A DNA stretch of 64,000 nt from Magallana gigas (Eukaryota). Positions 1 through 12,262 of the stretch are shown here, one piece after another. How positions within the stretch are numbered: the stretch's first letter is position 1; the number at the start of each line of letters is the position of its first letter. The stretch is from assembly GCF_963853765.1 (NCBI RefSeq), contig NC_088854.1, positions 48,980,001-49,044,000 on the forward strand, given 5' to 3'. Below the pieces are notes generated by a model that was not told where the DNA came from, did no database searches, and worked only from the letters and a program-made list of their open reading frames with translations. Position numbers and translations under genes: made by a program.

Positions 1-193
1 TCGTTAATGTAATTTGTAAGTCTTTTTTTCATATTTAATCATTTTAAAGAAATATTGCCGTTTAACACGTACATGAATGAAAAATATATTTCATTTGGTA
101 ATAAAGAGACGAATTTAGTACACTACAATATGAAAAAAAAAATGATTTTTCGAAAAAGGAAATAGACATGGCAGAATTGGGTGCGTCTTTTTA

Positions 194-325
194 CCCCAAT
201 GAACCCCAATGATACCCCAATGAACCCCAATGATACCCCAATGAACCCCAATGATACCCCAATGATACCCCAATGAACCTCAATGATACCCCAATGAACT
301 TTGAAATACCCAAATGATACTAAGT
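194..325 (+). repeat. Tandem 10-11 bp repeat (CCCCAATGAA/CCCCAATGATA) in left TIR
   Basis: About ten units read directly, degenerating inward. Confidence 0.95.
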
Positions 326-1577
326 ATGTTCATAATTGATACACTTAATGAATTTTATGTAACAACATGTTACACAAATGAAATTTCAACTACGTGCCGT
401 TTTTTCACCGATAGGGCCATATCTTGTAATGGGAAATGATTAGAATATTTTAAGCTAAAATTTGACTCAGAGATTGTGACCTGTAATTATGTCCTGATGT
501 GAGCTTTGGTCATTTGTGCTAGTTCAACATAACTTTAAGAAAAAAAGACGTATCGATTCTTTTCCATTAGAGAAAGACTTCAGTTTTGATATTTTCATTT
601 GTGAGCTTGCTCGCAGTACCTCAAGTTTCGTAAAAAAAATCAAACATGATCAAAGTACATTGTATAGATGTATTAAATTATACAAAACATATCCCCAATA
701 TTATTAACACAAGGCACCTTTAACGTGTCGGGTCTGATGTATAGATACTAAGCCAGTAAATTGAATAAATAGAGCACTGAAAATGGCTAACAACGCGGAT
801 TTTCACAATTTCAATTTTTCGTGTCGCTAGCCATTTTTAGTGCTTTATATACGAGCGGACCCATATACGAGGGTTTTTCAGTAATTATTGAGACATGTTC
901 TCTTATTCGTTTAGGAACAAAGATTAACCCTTGAAATTTCACAAAAATCGAAATAAGGATAAAGTTTATTGATGTGAAAAGTTTTCTGTCTACGGCATGA
1001 TAAGATCATCCCTAGTTAGCTGTTCAACGTGCCTTGGACCAGTGACCCGGCGCAAGTTCTGCAAATTTTTCGCAACGTCATTTTAACGCTTCTCATTGCT
1101 CCTGTGTTTTAAACACCTTACAAACGAACAGAAAGAAGACTTGTTCTTTATTTCTCATCTTTTGTTTTCATTTCAAGAAAATGTCATCATTTACATTTTC
1201 TCTCATTCTTGAATTTTTGTGGAAAAAATTTCGGGTTATTTTAAACAAAAGTCAAATTACTGTTAGTAAATGTCTCCTTCAGTCATTTTGTACATACATG
1301 CAATTATTTTAAAACTGTTGACAAAAGTTATCGTGTAAAAATGCTTGATATTTAGTCACTTTGTTTTAATTCTATTAAAACCATCAGGAAAAAAAAATAT
1401 GACGAACTGAAGCTCTCTATCCCTTGTCATCGTATAGTTTTTGTTTAAGCAATTGCTTGGCCTTAAAAGGTCTTCTTCTGATATTTCAACCAGTTTGAAG
1501 TATATTCGCTGCGCCGCCTTGACGTCAAATTCAATGTAAAGTCGTTGTCAGATTTCTATTGCTTGGTAAATATATTT

Positions 1578-4500
1578 CAGGGCTCGCGCTGCCCATCGCA
1601 TTTGTCGCTTTTTGCGATTTTTTGAAAAAAAAATGCGACAACAAATCGGAAAATGCGACACGGAGATTTCGTATATTTTAATACCGGCCGCCATTTTGAA
1701 TTTTGACCATCGCGTCTTTATCAGTACAACTGACCGATTACAGCCTTTAGGCTAATTACCTGTGCAGTGATGGGATATTGTGTCGCACGGAAAATAATAG
1801 ACACGTGCTGGCGTGTTTATTTAGCTGTCTTTCATGTCGATGGGGGAGATACTGGTCTATGATCATCGAGTCAATTACAGGTAGGTGTGAATTAACCATT
1901 ATTATCCACATCGCGTAGATCGCAACCCTCCGTTTAAGTGTTGTTTTTGTAAAAACAATTTACTATTAATTTGTCGGAAACATAGCGAGATAAAGGATTT
2001 CAGCTTGGGTTAAAATATTTTGCATCATTTAAATCGTCGGAATGCACGAAGATCAACGTTCTCCAAATTATGCTTTAATTTTGTCGGTAAAATGGTATAA
2101 AAAGCAAATGGAATATGATCACCACATAATCCCCAATAACTTTTGCATAGGTTATTATTGCATTTTCGGCATGGGGAAACGCAAAATTGAGGGTTCAACT
2201 GAACCTAACAAAATATCTAGGCTATCATCATTTGGCTTCACATCATCCAAAGCTGCCAGCTTATTAAATTCAGATCATGCTCACTCTATGTCTGAAACAC
2301 CTTGTAGTCCTCCTATAAAACGTGGCAAATTTTTGGAGTCATGGAAAATTAATAGGCCTTGGTTAAGATATGACTCCACACAAAACCTCATGTTTTGTGA
2401 CATTTGTATTAGGGCTCAAGTCACTAATGTGTTCACAACTGGTTGTGACATGTTCAAAAAAGAAGCTGTAACCAAACACGAAAAAAGAACAGGTACTATT
2501 TTAGGGTCAATAAAAATTACAACTTGCATTATACACCAGTAACATTATCGCACATTTTTTGAAATTTTGCAAAGTTCAGCATTTTTTTTTTGCATTTGAC
2601 TAATTTAGGTATTTTTTTGTTTATTTTAAGGTGACAACAGTCATGCTAAAGCCACCCAGGCAACTACAATTTCAACGGCCATGGTTAGGGCAAGAGAAAC
2701 TGCTTTATCCAAAAACAAAATTGCCATCATCTCCGCCATGAAAAATGTGTACTTTGCAGCTAGAAACAACATGCCCAATTGCTTGATTCCTAAACTCCAT
2801 GAGTTATGCATAGACCAGGTGATAATCATAGTTAATTTTTGGCAAATTATTCATAAATTATACTTCCGATCAATGCTAAGTTTATAATGATAATAGGTAA
2901 AGACTTTAGTTTAAACACTGGAAAACTTTTAGTTATTTTTTTTCTTTTTTTTTTCAGGGTGCTTCTCAGCTGAGAGACCTTGCAGTTGATAGTCGCACAA
3001 CTTACACTCACAATCAGTCGATACAGGAGTTTCAGCAGTCTATTGCAGGGGTTATTGAGGATAGGTTGTTAGACAGGGTTAGGGAATCAGGCTTCTTCAG
3101 TGTCATGATAGATGAGTCCTCTGATGTTTCAGTTCATCAAAACTTAGTGTTGTACATTAGGTACTTATCGGAGTCTTTGGGTAGGTTAGATGCAAAAACT
3201 TCCTTCATGGGTATTAGGCAGCTAGCCTCAGCAAATTCAAATAGCATTAGGGAAGAGGTTGTCAAGATTTTGTCAGATAAGGGCTTAGAAATTTCAAACC
3301 TTGTAGGCATAGCTACTGATGGGGCAAGTGTAATGACAGGTTGTAAGGCTGGTGTAGTTAAGCAGTTGAAGGATCTCTCCCCCTCTCTTCTCTCTACTCA
3401 CTGTATTGCCCATAGGTTAGCCCTTAGTTGTGGTGGTGCTGCTGATCAGATTCCCTATCTTGTGAAGTTTCAGGAAATTCTCAACTCTCTTTACAAGTAC
3501 TTTCACAACTCTCCTAAGAACACTGCCAAACTTGAGTCTATTCAATCCATTCTAAACTCTAGTTCTCTCAAGATGAAGGAGGTTTTTCACACTAGGTGGT
3601 TGAGTTTTGAAGGTGCTGTTGATGCTGTTGTCAAGACCTATCCCTCACTGCTATCTGTTTTCCTTGAGGAGAAGTCTGCTAAAGCTCTTAGCCTCCACAA
3701 GCCTCTCTCTTGCTACAAGTTTCTCTACTGTGCCCATTTCTTGTCTGATGTTCTTAAACAGCTATGTTTCCTTTGTAAACAGTTTCAGAGATCTGACATT
3801 GACTTCTCCTCTGTCAATCCTCTTCTGCATTCCACAGTTTCTGTTCTAGAGAGGTTAAGGGATTCTAAAGATGGAACTGTCCTGTCTTCTTTCCTACAGC
3901 AAGCTCCTTCTTCTCCATCTGTTGACTCCTCTGGACTCTGCACTTTTGATTTCAAAGGTCACTGTATTAGAGATAGTTCAAAACAGAGGGCTGAGGCTGT
4001 TTCAGCATGTGAGAAGTTTGTTTCAGGTGTCATTGCTAACTTAAGGGATAGGTTTGTTAGTGAAGGGGATGGTAAGGTCATGTCAGCTTTGTGTTCTATC
4101 TTTGATCCTTCTTTCATTTCTTCCACAATCCCTCCTTCTCAGGAGACTTTGACTACTCTGTCTGATTTCCTACAGAAGTGTTCTTTTTCAAATTCAGAGG
4201 ATTTATGTTCTGAAGTAGTTGGGTTTCATGAATTTGTTAGGCATGTAGGTAGTAGTGCAGGATTGGCCTCAGTTAAGGATATAGCTCAGTTTAGTTTTAG
4301 GCATAGTTCAGTTTACCCAGTGGTAGGATATTTAGGTAGGAGACTGTTGGTTCTTCCTGTATCGACTGTTGACTGTGAGAGGGGCTTCTCCAGACAGAAT
4401 CTCATCAAAACAGACCTGCGCAACTCATTGAAGATAGAGTCCCTATCCAACATTATGATGATAGCCCTAGAGGGACCCACATCAGAATCTTTCCCATTTG

Positions 4501-5007
4501 AGGATGCCTTCAGCAAGTGGGCCAGTGTGAAGACAAGAAGAATATTGTGAACAGTGAAATGTGACTGATGTGATTATCTATTGGACTTTTCATAGACTTT
4601 CTTGATCTTAACTGTGAAATGTGTGACTTTGGTGTGTTATTTATTGACTATTTCCTTTTGTTGTGCTATGAGTTTATGAATGAGATTAATAAATAAAATT
4701 ATTTATCTTTATTTGGTCTTCTTTTTTTGTTTTAAGGTTTTGTTTAGAATGATCAAAGATCAGTATATTCTATTATTCAATTGGAGAAATATTAATTTTA
4801 TTTAAGAATAATTTCTGATAGCAACTGTGAACATATGCATGCTGTTGCAGTGTGAGTTAAATTATGGTAAAAAAAAACAGCTGCAAAAATAAAGGTTAAG
4901 TTGTTTAGTTGGTTATCAGTAAAAAGAATACATGTAATAAGATATGCGGATAGTCCGATACGCCGCGCAAGGTTGCGACACATTATTTTGGTCCAGTGTG
5001 AGCCCTG
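1578..5007 (+). mobile_element. Full-length hAT DNA transposon with 5-bp TSD (hAT5-like)
   Basis: 14-bp TIRs CAGGGCTCGCGCTG (1578) and CAGTGTGAGCCCTG (ends 5007), 2 mismatches. TATTT at 1573-1577 and 5008-5012. Subterminal TGCGAC/GTCGCA motifs. Encodes a spliced transposase. AATAAA at 4688. Confidence 0.9.
2171..4550 (+). CDS. hAT transposase, ZNF862-like, 3 exons (2171-2492, 2631-2818, 2958-4550), 700 aa
   Basis: GT-AG introns of phase 1 and 0 join the exons in frame (2103 nt including stop). N-terminal TTF-type zinc finger (W..RPWLRYD...MFCDIC...H). Catalytic motifs IDESSD, ATDGA, HCIAH, TRW and DCERGFS (C-terminal dimerisation region) are all intact. Confidence 0.9.
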
Positions 5008-6319
5008 TATTTGTACCATATTCCTATTTCAACTCAAACATCAGTGAAACTTGGTCAAAAGGTAGTCGCAAAAATTGTAAAATAACATATATTATTTGAT
5101 TTCTTATAACATTAACTGTAAGTGTACGGGCACTTAGAAAGGGGATGTTCAAGTTTTTAATCTTCAAATCCTGGATCCGCCCGGCCATGGAAGTAATCCC
5201 GGTACCTATATTCAATTTGACATCATTTAAAAGAGGAGGTCAAGAGCTTGTTCAATGCCGTTTTTGGAGAGACTGTAGGCATTCTATATATAAATGGACA
5301 AAACTCCTAGATATGTTGCTTTTATCCTTCATACTTCATAGAAAATGGTTGTTTAAAACAAGATGTTTATTGCGCTTACCAAAAATCTAAGCCCCGGTAC
5401 ACCCTATGAAACAAAGATATTGTTATGAAGCATCATTAAAAGAATTTATATCTTGAATTTCATAAACCTGTAGGCACCTTTCATTTACTAGATCTTGACC
5501 TTAAAAAAATTTGACGACATACAGTCGGAGATCGGAGTTGAACGTCGCATACCGAACTGTACGTCATAATAGCCAATGCTTTGTGGAAAGGGGTGCGTAA
5601 TAACAATTGAAGATTGTCGGTGGGGTGTGTATAAATTTTCATGAACGCGGATGTTTAAGGCGAGTTAACAATTGGACTGATACTTTGGATCAAGCAAATC
5701 TGATGCAAGTAAACACGCATACGCTAGCGTTTAATAATTTCATTTTTATACCATGACAGACATCTTCCCAATTCAAGAGTTTCTGATCCGCTCCGCTATA
5801 TATAAACCGATTTTTGAGAAGCTTTGCGGATCAGAAACCCTTGAATTGGGAAGATGCACGTCAGATTGGTAGTTAATACTTATACTTTAGTTGTAAACAA
5901 TGAACGGATTGTGTTCTACGTCTTCACGAATAAATGATGAATGCAGAAAAAGGAAAGTTGAATGAGATAACCCCCTCTCTCCCCAATTGCTTTTTAATTT
6001 TGCTCCCCAATTGCTTTAAATTCTTATTTGGGACAGTAATAAATAATTATAGAGAAATTTGACATTGGAACAAATTGTATATATCATCCATTTCAGTGTT
6101 TAAAACCCTGCCAGCTCCTCTAAATATTCAACCATGGTTTGGATTTTTTATTTTAATTTTAAAGAATAGTTTTTAAAAAAAGAATTAAAAAAACTTTCGG
6201 TCAAAAATGAACAAAAACAAAAAGGAAAAAAAAAAACCCTTGATATTAATTATGTACATGTCCGGTGTTTATTCACATGCTTGCGCGGAAGATCTTTTAA
6301 CTATGCACACATTTAGTTT

Positions 6320-6542
6320 CATTGGGGTATCAATATTTCAAAGTTGATTAGGGTATCATTGGGATATCATTTGGTATCATAGGGGTATCATTAGGTGTAT
6401 TTGGGTATCATTGGGGTAACATTGGGGTAACATTGGGGTTCATTGGGGTATCATTGGGGTTCATTGGGGTATCATTGGGGTTCATTGGGGTATCATTGGG
6501 GTTCATTGGGGTATCATTGGGGTTCATTGGGGTTCATTGGGG
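6320..6542 (-). repeat. Tandem 10-11 bp repeat in right TIR (inverse of 194-325, longer array)
   Basis: (TTCATTGGGG/TATCATTGGGG)n read directly. Confidence 0.95.
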
Positions 6543-6786
6543 TAAAAAGACGCACCGGCAGAATTTTATTTTCTGAAAAATCAAACGGGTAAAAGTTATA
6601 TTTTATAGTATGTTGTATAGTTTGATATTCCGTTTTCTAAGAGTTTTCTAAGAATAAGAAAGTAACAAATGGTCTGTTTAACTAAACACGGCCATTTGAT
6701 CCGCTCAGGTAGACTTTTGTATGGAGGGGTGATACTTCTTTGAAATGATTTTAGAATCGATTTGAATTAATCATTTGTTATTTTAG

Positions 6787-9700
6787 ATCAACCTGCCATA
6801 GAGAACAGACAATTACAAATAGTAAATGAGAGTGAAACAGTCATATTAACTCGAAATATTTCCGGCAACCCGGTGTCAAATGTATCCTGGTTTAATAAGA
6901 CGGAGCTGTTGAAAACCGAGACCTCAGTGACAACCACTTCTTTCTTCATAGAAAGAGCCACGTGTAGTGATACACAAAACTTTACTCTTGTGGCCAGTAA
7001 TGGAGTAGGAAGCAATGCGACAGCAGTGGTGGAGTTAATCGTTAACTGTAAGTTATCATCAACTAGTTTCAGCACTAGTTATTTTTTCAGCTAAATATTT
7101 CAAACTTTGTCAAATTTTTACATAAATCAAAACCAGGTCTAGACCGCATTGTCGTTTAGTTTCAATATACTATTTGTTGTTATTATACTTTCATGTTAAA
7201 CACTGAAATCTGATTGGTTTAGACGCAGTTGGTAATCCGTTCTATTACCCTCAGCGTAAGCAACACACTTGGCAACGGTAACACAACGAATTGTTACATG
7301 CGCGTAAATTATGCGCGTACAATTCGCCGTAGAATTCAGTTCATTTCTTCATAAAAGCAGTAAAATTTTCTTTAAAAATAAAACATTCAGTATGATAAAA
7401 TAAATAGAGCCTGTTAGGGAGGGAAACTGTTGAAATTGACACCCCTCGAAAACCATTGCCAACCTCCGCTTTGCGTCGGTTGACAATGGTTCTCTCGGGG
7501 TGTCAATTTCAACAGTTACCCTCCCAAACAGGCACTATTTATATAATGTACAGATCTTGAAAATTGCCCGTCATAGTAAATAATCATTATTTATTTTCTT
7601 ACGATAACGACGTAATTTAGTTCTAAATATAAGACTTTTTTTTATATAAACAAACATTCGATTTCGTGTCGCCTGGCTTCTACTTCGTCATTTTCTTTGT
7701 TGTTAAGTAAATATCAAATGTGTAAAATAAGCTAGACAGCATTCTTACATATAACAATAATTTAAACACAAGCAAATTATAAAAGTGATCACAATAAATC
7801 ATTTTTAAGTGAAGAGGTGAAATCCTAATTTACTGTTAATAGCTTGGAATCAAAGCACATTGTTTATATTCTATTCAATAATTTTTTTAAATATTGATTG
7901 AATTTGAAAGTTGTCATTGATTTTACCATTTTCATTCCCAATTATTAGTTGTACATGCATATTGTATATTACTTTGTACTGATGGTATCTCAAATACGTC
8001 GTTATCATATACTTCATATCTTAATATTGTCCCATAGAACGTTAGTATTAATATTGTTTATGTACCTTCGTAAAATATTAAAACGACTTTGTTTTGAAGT
8101 TTTATTTAATGTTTCTTTCATAGGCAAACCTATACCAGATAAGACAAATATTACACTAGGAGTTACTTTTACAACGGGAATTGAATTTTCAATTAAGATA
8201 ATTGCATATCCGGTGCCTCAATATGAATTAGTGTATGAAAACGGAACAAGGAACAATCAGATGCTGAATAATATCACACGAAATGCAGTGAATAATTTCA
8301 CTGTTTATTACAGACAAGTAGTTGTTGATCAAAGTAGTTTTGGTCTTTATTATCTAACAATGCGCAATCTTTTTGGAGAATCAACAGTTACCGTGAATGT
8401 GATCGAACAAAGTAAGTGACTAGATATTTCAAGTCTAAAAGAAAAACTTAAACAAAAAGCATGTATATCGAGTTCAAATTATTCTAGTTATCCTAACAAA
8501 AAGTGTCAGTTGTTATAAGTAAGATATTCTGGAATTACAAAACGACACGTATACTGATGTGGAACAAATTAAATGTCGTACTGTGGTATCATTAATATTC
8601 AAGGGTATCAATTTTCGTGGATGAAGTGAAAATCACAGTTTCAAGGATAGGTAAAATCGTGGCCAATGACCATATCAATACAAAATGTTAATTGAAATTG
8701 CACTTCGATGAACATTTAATTTCGTGGATCAATTAAACAACGAAATCCACGAAAATTGGTATTCAATGAATATTGATGAAACCACAGTATTTGACATATG
8801 GGAGGCAAAATAATTAAAACAAAATTCGTTAACTCTTTTTGCATGATAAAAATCAATTAATTCTTATTTAAGGAACAGGAAGACCAGAAACACCCAGAAG
8901 CATTGCAGTAGTATGTGAGATAACACAAGCCAGAATACAATGGATATCTTCTTTCAATGGCGGCGATCAACAGTACTTTACAGTTGTTATTTTGAATTTT
9001 CAAGATGGAACTAATATCTCTTATCGTTTTCACGACAAAGGTGAAAATGAACTTCATGCTGCACACATAAGCAATCTTCAACCATTGGTGACTTACTGGT
9101 TTGTTGTGTCTGCAAAGAACAGTTATGGATCTAGTCCGTCAGAAATCACCAGATGCAAGACAGTACAAGGTTATATTGAAGTAGTTGTGTAGATTAATTA
9201 TAGCTATCTGTTTTATCTTACATAAAGTATCTTATATAACACTTATTGCTTTTTCGTAGGTGAATACAATGATTTAGCTACCAAAGAAGTACGGTATTCA
9301 TCGAGCCCGAAAAGCGAATTGAGTTTTGCACTTCGATAGTAGCCGCATGTATATCATAGTTTTGATCGGAGGAATAATTTTGTTTTTTATTATATGATTC
9401 AGTAACAAACTAATACAGACAGAACATATTGAGCGGAACATACGAAAGCCGAGAAGGATCATTCGAGATTCGAGATTCGAAATACGAGATTCGAAATACG
9501 AGATTCGAGATTCGAAATTCGAGATTCAATATCTAAATTAACCAATCAAATCAAGGATCTAAAAATATGTATCCTAGCGACATCAAACTGTTCTAAATAA
9601 AAATCATACGTACATGCTCTTATATACAAATAAATGCTATGTTCACTTCTCCCTACCTAACTAAATAATTATTTGTATTTACTTTTACACAGAATATCTA

Positions 9701-11910
9701 AGTAGACTAGTAATAATGCAGTGTGCTTCGCGGATCTAAGTGATTTTGTTTGCCCTGGTGCATTTCCACCTGATGCGTTTGAACCCTAAGGTATTTCACC
9801 ACCAGTAATAGTTTAAAACCCGGGTTTATTCACCCCTTTTGTGTAAAAATGCGGTTATGGTAGAGAACTTCATAAGCGTAGCTAATTTTTTCTGTAGGGG
9901 GTCCTAGGCCAATTTTTAAAAATTTTACTATGTAAATTTAATAAGCTCCAATTTTCCCAAGGAGGGGGTCCAGATCCCCGACCCCCTCCTTTCTAGATCC
10001 CCGCATGAAGAATAGTACATGTATCGTAATAATCTAAATATAAATAATCTGTCCTGTTTAACTAATAAATATAAGCATTACTTATCGTTTTTATGTATGC
10101 ATACAGTGATACACTAGTACTATGATTATAAACAAATCATTGAGATATTATCACATCATACGGAATTATTAATAAATAAAAAAATTTCCCTTTCCTCAGT
10201 AAACAACTTATTATGAGTCTTACTTTTGGAATTGTTTTCAATATAGAAGGATACCTACTCTCTACAATTAAAGGTAGGGATGATAGGGTGCCAATTTGTT
10301 CACATTGCCGAATTTCTTGTGCAGAGAACAGTAAAACCCTTTATTTGATTGTGCATGAATATTTCAAAATTAATTGTTGTACATATATTTTGTTATAATT
10401 CATTCATTGATATATCAACAGGAAAGAATAAAAGCATATGTTTCTCAGCCAAGTTAAGTTTCTCTGTAGTTTCCTACCCCCCTACCCCCACCGCACCAAA
10501 ATTGACAATAATTACATATAAGTCATACAAATTTTTACTTTTTTTGTAAGTAAATCTCTAAAGATGTAAATAAGCACTGCAAACAAAGATGTGTGTATTT
10601 AATATACTACTACATTACACTTAGCCAGATAAAATGTAATCAGGATGAAGCTACAAGGGGTGAGTGGTGCAAATTTACCAATTTGTCGCCATACACACAG
10701 AACACCAAATAAAGAAACTGAGTGGTGTGTGGAATGCATAAAAGATGGCGGCAAATTATCTCAAATAATCAGTGCCAAAACCCACAAATAGGCTGTTATT
10801 TGTTACATATCCTGCAAAAACATTGATAAAAAATGTTATCGTCCCATAACATAGCCGATTAAGTTAATGTGTACATATGGTCAACGTACATGTAATTCTA
10901 ATATACAAGAAGGCGGACGTATCAGGCGGGGATCCAGAAAATTAAATTTCAAAAATGATCGGTTGAATTACATTAAATGCTTTGAATTTTTTTTTAAACT
11001 ATCGCACGGGTCAAAATGCGTGATAGAAGCTATGTACAGTGTAATTGGAAACTTTCATTTTATATCAATATGTAGTATTACCTATTATAACAAATGAGAG
11101 TATAGCACAACTGCCACAAGCAATACATGTCCTTTACCGGCACCACCTCCCTCCCCATAAAAAATGAAACAATTGTCGTTTTATTTGCTAAAATGTGTGT
11201 GGTTCAAGATTTTTCTAAAGGACATACCCGATTAGAATTGAAAAAAAGAGTCGTACGTTTAAAACTAATTTTGTCAAAACTTTTAGATTCATTTGGTTAT
11301 ATTTTGGTCCATTTGGGTAAATATATGCACCAGCGCAGCTCTCATTTATATATAATCAGGCCATAAATTCAAAATATTTTCAAAAATTAATAGCTTTAAA
11401 TCCAGTGGATGAAAGAAAAGGAAAGCAAGTCGAACTCGATGAATGCTAATACCTCTGTTGAATGAATGGTACAGTAGGATATGCGCAAAAAAGTCCCGTC
11501 TACTCTTTCCTACCCTATAATTATTGGAATATTAAATCCGATTATAAGAGTCAAATTAAAAATCAAGTACGGATATGTACCTGTTTATCAAAAGTAAAAC
11601 TACTCATAATTTATCTACAGTGCATCGTTATGGAGCTACACAGAAAGTTTTATATTAATTTGCCGAGCCAAATAAAAAAACCCTGGAAAACGAAGAGAAA
11701 ACAAAGTGGGGACAGAATAACCGACAAATTAATTAGGACTATATAGCCGCCCCCCCCCCCTCTTGAAATGTATATACTGAAAACAGATTATTGGCGTATA
11801 ACATCCGCACACAATTTAAAGAAAATTTCATGTTTTTTTTATCATTTTCGCTAGTTAATGTAAGACATCACAAATACCCCAAGCCCCCTCACGGAAAAGG
11901 AAATGCTAGG

Positions 11911-11992
<82 letters not shown>

Positions 11993-12176
11993 ATGTAAAT
12001 CACAGGTGCGCTAACACCGTTAAAATTAAAGCTTGCTAGTTGGTCTGCCCTACCCTAGCTACCTCCTCTCTTTTCTCGTTTTAGAGGCTTAATTATTGTC
12101 TATATATGCTTGTAACAAATCAAATCAATTTCAAATTCTAAATCAAACTGAATTTGACACTACAAAACTCTCTCTG

Positions 12177-12262
<86 letters not shown>

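Larger units (their letters stand above)
179..6556. mobile_element. Non-autonomous foldback-type DNA transposon (MuDR/MULE- or Merlin-like) with tandem-repeat TIRs; hosts a nested hAT
   Basis: Left end (G)GGTGCGTCTTTTTACCCCAATG at 179/180 is the reverse complement of right end CATTGGGGTAAAAAGACGCACC ending 6556. A 9-bp direct repeat GGCAGAATT flanks it (170-178, 6557-6565). GG..CC termini with an 8-9 bp TSD fit MuDR or Merlin. No own transposase recognised. Confidence 0.85.

Noticed and set aside
194-325. Short regular repeats as a CRISPR array
   Set aside because: There are no unique spacers; this is a head-to-tail 10-11 bp array forming a transposon TIR in a eukaryotic genome.
2042-2170. 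ORF-track start at 2042 as the transposase start
   Set aside because: The upstream stretch has no transposase character; ATG 2171 (MGKRK) is more plausible. The ORF tail after 2492 is intron.
9470-9527. (GATTCGA)n array as heat-shock elements or a coding repeat
   Set aside because: It lacks proper TTCnnGAA spacing and is mirrored at ~12755-12820 as part of a TIR.
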